From an uncultured Bacteroidales bacterium (lineage in GTDB: Bacteria > Bacteroidota > Bacteroidia > Bacteroidales > VadinHA17), in assembly GCA_963753495.1 (NCBI GenBank), contig CAVWCO010000005.1:172466-236465 (forward strand): 64,000 nucleotides of DNA, in the 5' to 3' direction. This document shows, piece after piece, positions 54,970-64,000 of this stretch. The notes beneath the pieces were generated by a model. The model had not been told where the DNA came from. It saw nothing but the letters and a program-made list of their open reading frames with translations, and did no database searches. The stretch's first letter is position 1. The number at the start of each line of letters is the position of its first letter. A program made the position numbers and the translations under genes.

Positions 54970-57900
54970 ATGACTGACAAAAACTCTTACCATATTAATA
55001 AACTGTTAATTATGCTGCTGCTTTTCTTTAGTTTTAGCAGCATTGATATTTTTAGCCAGGAGTTAATAAATGGTGTCATCAACAGATATGCAAAGGTAAA
55101 TTCTATCAATCCGGGGTTTGTTACTGTTGATCCGGTACAGGCATCCCAGTTTACGGCAGGCGATTATGTCCTGCTTATCCAGATGCAGGGGGTAGGCATT
55201 CAGACTATAGAGGATAATTCGTACGGTTTAAATGTCCAGTCGAAATACGGTGAACCGGGAGGTTATGAATTTCTTATAGTCCAATCGGTTATCGGAGGAA
55301 ATATTAATTTCACCAGTCTTGTTTACCTGAATACTTATGATGTCTCTTGTAATGTGCAACTGGTTCAGGTACCGTTTTATGAGTCTCCTGTTGTCACCGC
55401 CACACTTGTCAGCCAGGGGTGGAACGCTTCAACGGGTACGGGAGGAGTTCTTGCGCTGATGGCGGGGAAAAAGCTCACACTTAATGCTGATATTGATGTC
55501 ACCGGGCAGGGATTTGCAGGTGCACCTGGTTACCTGGGTCTTGGTGAGTGCGTCCGCACAAATGAAACAGCAAATAATCACTATTCATATCCCGACACCT
55601 GGAACAATGCAGGTTATAAAGGTGAAGGCGCGGCCATTCACGATGCTTCCAAAGTGCTGCTTTATCCTGATCATGTCAAAGGACAGGGCAGGAACTTCAC
55701 AGGTGGCGGCGGTGGTAATGGAATGTACTCAGGCGGTGGTGGCGGATCGAATCGCGGAAAAGGCGGCGACGGAGGACTTGAAATATCCTCTCTTTGCTCA
55801 AATGACCCACGTGAGGGAGGCTTTGGCGGTATAAATATAACAGGCACTATAATTCAAAACGGAATATTCTTTGGAGGAGGAGGAGGAGCTTCCACACAGG
55901 CATCAGGATCAACTGCGTCGTCAGGAGGCAATGGGGGAGGAATTATCATAATTATTGCCGATACAATCGCCGGGAATAATCATATTATTAGATCTAATGG
56001 TATAACGGCTGCAAATGCTGCATTAAATGCCGGTGCAGGAGGAGGTGGAGCAGGAGGCTCAGTTGTACTGTCATTCCAGGGAATTACCAGCCAGGTGCAG
56101 ATCTCAGCAAATGGCGGTAATGGCGGGACCAATCCGGGAGGATTTGGCGAAGGAGGAGGAGGAGGAGGAGGTCTTATATGGCTGAGCTCAGCAGGATTGC
56201 CGGCTATGGTTTCCAATGCCACTGTTACTTATGGAATTCCTGCACCAACCACTGCTTCAGATGGTACCGGTGAAATAAAGTACAGCTTAATACCCAGGCT
56301 TAATGGGTTTTTGTTTAATTATATCCGGACAAAAGCAACTGATAATAAGATCGATTCAGTATGCTCAAATATAATGTACGGGCAGATAGTGGGAACACAA
56401 CCGGTAGGTGGTACTCCACCCTATACTTATGAGTGGCAAAGCAGTACCATTTCGGAAACAACTGGATTCACCACGGCACCGGGAACCTACAATCTTCAAT
56501 ATTATACCCCGCCGGCTTTGCTGGCACAGACCACCTGGTTCCGCCGCGTGGTAAGGGATAACGGCGCTGCAATAACCGATGTAAGTCTCCCTGTAACAAT
56601 AATAGTTCATCCTGATATCAAAAACAATGCAATAGGTAATCCTGATACCCTGTGTTACGGACAGAATCCGTCATTACTGAATCCGCTGTCAGTACTGCAG
56701 GATGGTAACGGGATCTATACATATTCATGGGCCTCGAGCACAGACGATGCAGTTTTTACTGATGTGCCGGTAACTACAGCAAGCTATCAGCCTCCTGCCG
56801 GACTTACTGAGACAACATGGTACAGACGCACGGTTTATTCGGGATCATGCGTGGATGTCAGCGCCTCAGTAAGAATAAATGTTCTTGATACGGTAAGAAA
56901 CAATTCAATTTTAACACTACCCCAGGAAATTTGCCAGGGAATGACGTTTGCCAACCTGACAGCGACAACAACCCCGACACTCAGCGGAGGAGACAATACT
57001 TACAAATACGTCTGGGAAAGCAGTAATGATGCCACATCGTGGGTTACTGCTGCCGGAACAAGCAATTTAACGGGATATGATCCGGATGAATCTGCCCCTT
57101 ACTTCCCGGGTCAGCAGTATTTCAGGCGCATTGTTTTATCGGGTAGCAATGACGTGTGCAAAAATGTCAGCAAACCTGTTCTCCTTAATGAGTATCCCAT
57201 TATCGCAAATAACCTTATTGCACCTGCAGATCAGACAATCTGCTCCGGATCGGTGCCTGTTCAGCTGACAGGTTCTGTCCCGATAAACGGTAAAGGAGCC
57301 GGTACTTACACTTATACCTGGCAGGACAGCACAAAAGTCCATACCTGGGCAAATATCTCAGGATATATTAACGTGACAAATCAGAATTTTGTCCCTCCTG
57401 TTCTGACAGATACAACCAGGTACAGAAGGATAGTATATTCCTCAGCATGCTCCGATATAGGGAAATCTGTAATAATTAAGGTGCATAAGCCGATAACCAA
57501 TAATAATATATCCCTTTTATCCGGCGGAGCTTCCGATACAACCCTCTGCAGCGGGGCAATACCTAACAGATTTATTGGAACCATTGCCACAGGCGGAACA
57601 AATATCCCGGGCAATTATGCTTACCAGTGGTCATCGTCAGAAGATAATTCAACATATACAGATATTACGACTGCAGCAACAGCAACCGGATACCAGCCAT
57701 CATCACTCGCTGCCACAACATATTTCAGGCGAAGGGTAGTTTCGGGGCAGTGCTCCTCAGAAAGCACCCCTGTTAAGGTTACTGTTCTGCCTCTGATAAC
57801 TAACAATACAATATCAGGTAATCAGACTGTCTGCAAATCTGATACGCCGGAACTTCTCACCCAGGCTTCGGGTGTAAGCCTTTCAGGCGGAGGTGGCACA

Positions 57901-58660
57901 GGGACATATTCATACCTGTGGGAGCAAAGTTTCGATGGCAATACCTGGAACCCTGCTGCGGGGACCAACAATCAGCCAAACGGCACCTACCAGCCTCCTG
58001 TAATGACTAAAACAGTTCAATACCGCCGGGTTGTAAATTCAGGGGCAAACAACTGCTGTACAAGTAGCTCAAACGTGCTCGAACTTGTGCTCGATTCACT
58101 GCCTGCCGGTGCGGCAATTTATGCAGGACCCGATACTGCTATCTACTCGTTTGATTATATTGTTCAACTGGTTGCTGACCCCCCGATAGATGGAGGAACC
58201 GGCCTATGGACTGTTGTGGAAGGTTCGGGAATCTTTGACAATGATACTGATAATGATACAAAGGTCACCGGATTATCAAAAGGACTGAACACTTATCTGT
58301 GGACCGTTACAAGAGGAGCATGCAAGATTGGAAGATGAGATAGGAGTTTCCATATATGACCTGATGATTCCTGAAGGATTCTCCCCGAATAATGATCCGG
58401 GTGGTTACAATAATACATTTATTATTAACGGACTCGATCTGCCCAACCAGATAGCAGAATTGACAATTATAAATGGCGCCGGGACTGAAGTATTTGCAAC
58501 TACCAACAGCGATGGCAATGAATGGAGTGACTGGGATGGTAAAAACTTAAAAGGCATTGACCTTCCGGAAGGGACATATTACTATCTGCTTGAGATTCAG
58601 TCGAAGGGGAATGATAAAATATTCAAGAAAAGCGGATTTATTGTTTTGAAACGATATTAA
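54970..58660 (+). CDS. T9SS type-B CTD surface protein with Gly-rich N-domain and six ~95-aa repeats; indel at ~58330
   Basis: Signal peptide; poly-Gly tracts; six repeats with C...Y.Y.W..S...(F/Y)RR.V; CTD IPEGFSPN...WDG...LPEGTYYY...KSGFIVLKRY in ORF 58328..58660. Confidence 0.85.
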
Positions 58661-58674
58661 GGGTGAATTATATA

Positions 58675-59667
58675 ATGAACACTTCAATTCATTCCGGGAT
58701 AATAATGATAAAAAGAATTAGGGTTATATCTGTTCTGGTCTTCCTGATTTTTAATCTGGCTTCAGCTCAGAACGTGCCTGATTCATCCAGAATCAATCTC
58801 GGATTCCCGGTTTACAGCCAGTATCTGCAGAACGGCCTTGTTATAAATCCGGCATATACAGGTACCAGGGAGGTGCTGAGCAGCTTTTTATCGTACAGGA
58901 TGCAATGGATAGGAACCAGCGGTGCTCCCCTGCTTCAGTCTATTTCATTTCATTCGCCTCTGAAAAATGACAAGGTGGCTCTGGGGTTGATGGCACAGTT
59001 CATGCAATACGGGACCACCAAATCGACAAGTATTTATGGGAGTTATGCCTATCATATTAAGCTCAAAAAGGGCAAAATCTCTTTTGGAATTAAGGGAGGG
59101 GTTGATCTCTCGAATACCGATTACACTGGTTTGCTTCTGAACGATCCTGATGATCCTGTTTTTAAAACAAACGATCAGTCACTCGTTCTCCCGAATGTCG
59201 GGGCAGGTGTCTATTATTTTTCAGACAGATTTTTCGCCGGGCTTGCCATTCCTTCATTTCTGAATTACCAGCGGACCAGCAGCGGTTCAACGAGTCCGTA
59301 TCATAGCTTCGATCAGTACGAATTTATGTTGTCAGCAGGGGCACTTATTTCCATTGCCCCCGTACTGAAGTTCAAACCATCGGTTCTGATCGATTATTCA
59401 CTTGATGAAACTCAGGGACTTAAACAATTTGATATAAACGGGAATTTTATTATAGCTGATCTGATCTGGGCAGGAGGATCATGGAGGATGTCGGAACAGG
59501 TAATTGTGGCAATACTTCAGGTACAGGCCAATCCCCAGCTGATGTTCGGATTTTCATACGATTATCCTTTTGGAAGGATGAACTCTTATTCAAAAGGATC
59601 AACCGAATTTATTTTAAGGTATGAATTCCGGTATAAGGTAAGCGCCGCTAATCCAAGATATTTTTGA
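58675..59667 (+). CDS. PorP/SprF family T9SS membrane protein
   Basis: YSQY..NGLVINPAYTG, YRMQW.G..GAP and FGFSYDY; C-terminal NPRYF; follows a type-B CTD cargo. Confidence 0.9.
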   Translation: MNTSIHSGIIMIKRIRVISVLVFLIFNLASAQNVPDSSRINLGFPVYSQYLQNGLVINPAYTGTREVLSSFLSYRMQWIGTSGAPLLQSISFHSPLKNDKVALGLMAQFMQYGTTKSTSIYGSYAYHIKLKKGKISFGIKGGVDLSNTDYTGLLLNDPDDPVFKTNDQSLVLPNVGAGVYYFSDRFFAGLAIPSFLNYQRTSSGSTSPYHSFDQYEFMLSAGALISIAPVLKFKPSVLIDYSLDETQGLKQFDINGNFIIADLIWAGGSWRMSEQVIVAILQVQANPQLMFGFSYDYPFGRMNSYSKGSTEFILRYEFRYKVSAANPRYF

Positions 59668-59672
59668 TAAGA

Positions 59673-61107
59673 ATGAGAAGAGGAGCGACCATATTTATTT
59701 TATTTTTAATAATTATTCTGTCAGAAATCAGATTGTTTTCACAGGAGACATCCCCATATAAAATTACAAGGCTTTCATTTAACATATCAGGATTCAGTGA
59801 TATAGCGCCGGTAATTATCCGGGATGGAATCATATTCTGTTCTGACAGGCGGCTGAGCGGAGTAACTGACCGGACCTCTTTTGATAATCGCAGACTCTAC
59901 AATATTTACATTGCCGGTAGAAAGGATACCTCCGACTGGCAGAAACCAGATTTAGTAAAAAATGAGAGGAGCGCCCAGTTCAATACAGGGCCACTGTGTA
60001 TTGCACCTGATGGTAAGACTGTTTATTTTACCAGCGAGATAGAAACCGGTGTTCCTTCAAAGAGCAGGAAGTTCAGGAATAAAAGCGGAATCTTTGAAGC
60101 TGAACTTTCGGGATTGCAGCTTATTTCAATAAAACCTTTCAAATACAATAATCCTGATTATAATACGGGACAACCATCAATAAGCGCTGACGGCAAATAT
60201 CTCTATTTTGCTTCGGATATGCCGGGCGGACAGGGAGGCATCTGATATTTATTTCTGCGAATCGGTTGACGGAGACTGGAATGCACCGGTCAATCTGGGA
60301 CCGATGTTGAATTCTTCAGGAACAGATAATTATCCCTATATCCATTTCTCAGGCAGGCTCTATTTTGCTTCAAACCGTCCTGGCGGAATGGGTGGGCTTG
60401 ATGTCTATTCTTCTGATAAAACAGAAAGCTCCTGGGAGACTCCGGTAAGATTGCCTGAGCCAATAAATTCTTCATCTGACGATTTTGCTTTTATTGCTCA
60501 GCCTGATCTTCAGAAAGGTTATTTTTCATCAAACCGGCGCAGAAATGATGACATTTATGAGTTTACAACCACAATAATCAGGAAAACTGCCTGCGATACT
60601 CTCGGGATAAATAATTACTGTTATGAATTTGTGGAAGAGAATGCGGTAAAATATGATACAATACCTTTCAGGTTTGAATGGAGGTTTGGTGACGGGAATA
60701 AATCTGTGGGAAGAATTGTGGAACACTGCTATCCTGGTCCGGGAACATATCTTGTCCAGCTGGATGTAACAAATCTCGTTACCAATGAAGTTAAAGTTAA
60801 TGAAAAATCACAGACTTTGATTATACAGGATATTGAACAGCCTTATATATCATGTCCTGATGTTGCTGCCGAAGGTATGATCCTGAAGTTCAGTGCTGAC
60901 AGCACTAACCTTCCCGGATGGGATATAGCAAGTTATTACTGGAGTTTTGGTGATGAGACAATTGCAATAGGCAAAAATGTAGAAAAAACTTACCGCCGGG
61001 CAGGCAATTATACTATTCAGCTCATAGTGTCAACGAAGCCTGAAGAAGGAGGAATGGTCAGGGAGGCATGTGTTTCAAGAAATATTTCAATAATACGACA
61101 GCCCTGA
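59673..61107 (+). CDS. PD40 (WD40-like) propeller plus two PKD domains, PorE-like; indel at ~60240
   Basis: YFASDMPGGQGG, PVNLGP.LNS, LYFASNRPGGMGGLDVY and INSSSDDF; PKD motifs WRFGDG and WSFGDE. Confidence 0.8.
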
Positions 61108-61134
61108 AAACGAAAAGTACTATTTTAACGTTAG

Positions 61135-62133
61135 ATGAAAGTGAAGACTGCAATATTTAAGATCCTTGTACTTTTGATTTTTTCTGCGACTCTGACCCCG
61201 GACAATATCGTGGGTCAGGCAGTTCCGGGGAAGGATGAAAATATACCGTTTCTGGTAAATTTCGGAAAGAACGGCGAAACTTCATGGGGCGATGATGATT
61301 TCTATTCTTTATTCTTTTTCACTATACCAAAGGATTATAACAGGCAATTCTATATTAAGGTTTTTGATCCGGATTGTGGTGGAGAAAATGATGAAATTCA
61401 GGGAGTGTTTGATTCAAGGACCCTGTTTTCGGTTTACGGAGGTAAAGGGGTCGATCCTGATAAAAACCTTACTTCCAGAGGTTTGAAGCCGGGCGACAAT
61501 TATAAGCAGGGAAACCTTCTTGCGTCAAAAGTATTTGGTTACGATTCGCAGTATGATAATAAATATTATGCATTCGGGCCTTTTAATCCGACCGAAGGGG
61601 ATTATAATGAGAAATGGAAAAGCTATATTTTCAAGATCGTTTGTGAAGGTATAACAGGCGATGATGGAAATCTGTACAGGTATTTTCTCAGCCGTGATGC
61701 CAACAGTGAGCTTCCGATTGAAGGCGCAAATGCATTTACTTATGAATATACTTTCAGGATGTGGAACGATAACAAAAGTGTTGCCCATATATATCCGTAT
61801 GTCGACACCGGTATTGTTTCCATCAAGCAGAGAAATTTTGACTGGGATGACGATGGCGCAATTCTGGTCGTGTCGACATACAAGCAGGGAATACCGGTTC
61901 CCATTTCCAACGAAGATGATGAGAAAATCTCTATAATTCCTGTTGAACAAGCTGAAATCGGCAAATCGCTCGATTTTCAGTTTCATAAGAAAAAGGAATT
62001 TTTAGTCAGGAACAACAATGTGGTTGTCTCACTCGAAAACCAGCGGGGTGATGCACTTCAGTTCTTCAGCTCGCCAATCGGAGGAGTTCCGGTTTATCAG
62101 CCGGTTATGACCATCAGGAAAAAACAAAAATAG
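61135..62133 (+). CDS. Hypothetical exported protein
   Basis: 332 aa intact ORF with signal-peptide-like N-terminus; acidic motifs WGDDDF, FDPDCGGENDE and FDWDDDG. Confidence 0.7.
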   Translation: MKVKTAIFKILVLLIFSATLTPDNIVGQAVPGKDENIPFLVNFGKNGETSWGDDDFYSLFFFTIPKDYNRQFYIKVFDPDCGGENDEIQGVFDSRTLFSVYGGKGVDPDKNLTSRGLKPGDNYKQGNLLASKVFGYDSQYDNKYYAFGPFNPTEGDYNEKWKSYIFKIVCEGITGDDGNLYRYFLSRDANSELPIEGANAFTYEYTFRMWNDNKSVAHIYPYVDTGIVSIKQRNFDWDDDGAILVVSTYKQGIPVPISNEDDEKISIIPVEQAEIGKSLDFQFHKKKEFLVRNNNVVVSLENQRGDALQFFSSPIGGVPVYQPVMTIRKKQK

Positions 62134-62145
62134 GGGAAACCATAA

Positions 62146-64000
62146 ATGAAGCGCTTATTCCTTCATAAAATCAGTTTAAGCACCATGGCGTGCTTATTTT
62201 TATTTGCAGAGGTAGCCTCGGGCCAGGCTTACAGGTTCCGAAACTATGGAACAGAGAATAACCTTCCGAGCGAGGTTATCTATACTATTAACCAGGACAA
62301 CAACGGATATCTCTGGGTAGGGACCACTGAAGGTCTTTCGCGTTTTGACGGATTCGGATTTTATAAGGTTCAGTTCCCCGATTCAACCAGCGGACGTTAT
62401 ACGACTGTATCCGTGAAGGACAAACAAGGAAATCTCTGGTTCGGATGTAACGATGGTAACCTTTTTTATACTTCAGGCAGCGTGCTCAAACAGGTCGTCC
62501 TGCCAAATTCATCAGGGACCGGCATTAGTTCTATACTGGAAGGAGAAGATGGTAATATTTACGTATTCGCCCAGAGGAAACCGTTTTATAAAGTTGATCC
62601 TGCAAAGCCGGCAGAAGCAAAAATAATCCCTTTTGGCCCTGATCCAAACATATTTTCAGCTTCATTTACTGGCTCGGGAGAAATGCTTCTCGGAACCCAG
62701 GAAAACCTTTTAATATGCAGAATTACACGCGATTCTCTGGTAACAACCGGCTCTGTTGAGGGCTTTGACTATTCAGCTATAATGTCGATAAAAAGGATCA
62801 ATGAAAGCGCAGGTTTTATTATCGGAACTGATGGAAACGGCCTCTTTCACCTGAAGCTGGAAGACGGGGAAAAAACCTTATCACGGTTCTACGGTTTCCC
62901 TGGGCTTGAAAATCTTTCAGTGAAAATCAATTACCCCCGATTCGAAAAATAACATCTGGGTATCGACGAGGGGAACCGGTGCCGTTAAATTGCAGTTTCT
63001 GAGCCGGAGCGATTCCCTGGCTTCAGTCCGGTTTCTTGATAAGACATCAGGACTTGCAGGGGAAAATGTTATGGTCATATTCGAAGATTTTGAAAGGAAT
63101 ATATGGCTCGGATTTAATGGTGATGGTCTTTCAATTCTCACCTCTGATTCTTTTGAGTTTATAAAACCAGGAAACGGCAGCCAGCCGAATAATATAATTT
63201 TTACCGGAAAACTCGGAAACGATTATTTTCTGGGAACTCCTGCCGGGTTCTATGTTTATGACCTGGAAAACAGGAAACCATTATCATTTACAGCAATACC
63301 GGTTCAGGCAGGACGAAAAGAAATCAGTTCCTATTATATTGATAATGAAAATAATATCTGGATAGGAACAAAAGGTTCAGGCCTCTATTTAAAAAAGATG
63401 ACAGGTCAGATAATTCCTTTTTACAGATCGGGAGACACAGGCGCAGATTATATTTCTGGCATCAGTATCAGCGGAGATAATATCTGGCTCGCCACCCTCA
63501 ACGGGGTATTGTATAATTTCAAAGCAGGCGGGAGTTTTGAAGAAAAGTTACAACACGAATAACGGTCTGGCACATAACAGCATTAACCAGATCCTGCTTG
63601 AAGATGATGGAAGCGGTTATATTGCTACTGAAAGCAATATGCTTAGCAGGATAGATCCTGACTCAGGTATATTCGCCTCTGAAGTATCGATGTACGGCGT
63701 TCTGCTGAATAAGGTTATTGCACTGACCAGGGATAATAAAGGCACTTTATGGGCTGCAACACTGGGTAACGGAGTCTTTGAATTTTCAGGTGATTCAGTA
63801 AAATTGCTAAGTACGGCAAACGGATTGCTTTCAAACTATTCATACTCTATTCTTGCCGATAAGGAAAATAATATCTGGATTGGTCATGAAAGAGGTATTT
63901 CGCGGTACAATCAGAATACCGGGATAACAAAAGTAATCGGAACCGGGTTTGCAGGAAACGGAATGTGCAACCAGAACGGAATTTATGAATCACCCGATGG
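62146..64000 (+). CDS. Ligand-binding beta-propeller sensor (two-component regulator propeller), 3'-partial, split by indels
   Basis: FRNYGTENNLP; repeated QD..GYLWVGT..GL / ED.E.NIW.G blades in ORFs 62146 and 62990, continuing to the window end. Confidence 0.8.

Noticed and set aside
55700-56175. GGA/GGC trinucleotide runs as contingency repeats
   Set aside because: They are in-frame poly-glycine codons of the T9SS cargo.

Overview
Bacteroidota (probably Bacteroidales) chromosomal window of moderate-to-low GC, with TAnnTTTG -7 promoter boxes and T9SS genes. In order, it holds: the end of the dcw cluster (murD-ftsW-murG-murC-ftsQ-ftsA-ftsZ); a putative porin and mltF; a ~17 kb tandem array of seven divergent MacB/FtsX-type ABC permeases, divergent from a sigma-54 NtrC-type regulator/kinase pair; a LolC/E-type permease and a NamZ-like gene; a TonB-dependent receptor; a DUF4907/Kelch/DUF4270/outer-membrane barrel/LytTR module; housekeeping genes (aminotransferase, valS, YihY, nadC, rlmH); a large sensor kinase; a T9SS cargo-PorP-PD40/PKD locus; and a partial beta-propeller sensor. 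Many genes, including essential ones, are split by single indels, most likely long-read errors. The best candidate for an undescribed system is the permease array. Its gene bodies are divergent but share a near-identical 26-bp 3' core, three genes are followed within 1-2 bp by the same GC-rich multi-hairpin element, an orphan degenerate gene end lies in one spacer, and no ATPase, adaptor or TolC is present. Together these suggest a cassette-like array built by recombination at gene 3' ends (inference). No rRNA, tRNA, CRISPR array or transposase was seen. Family names come from motif recognition, not database searches.
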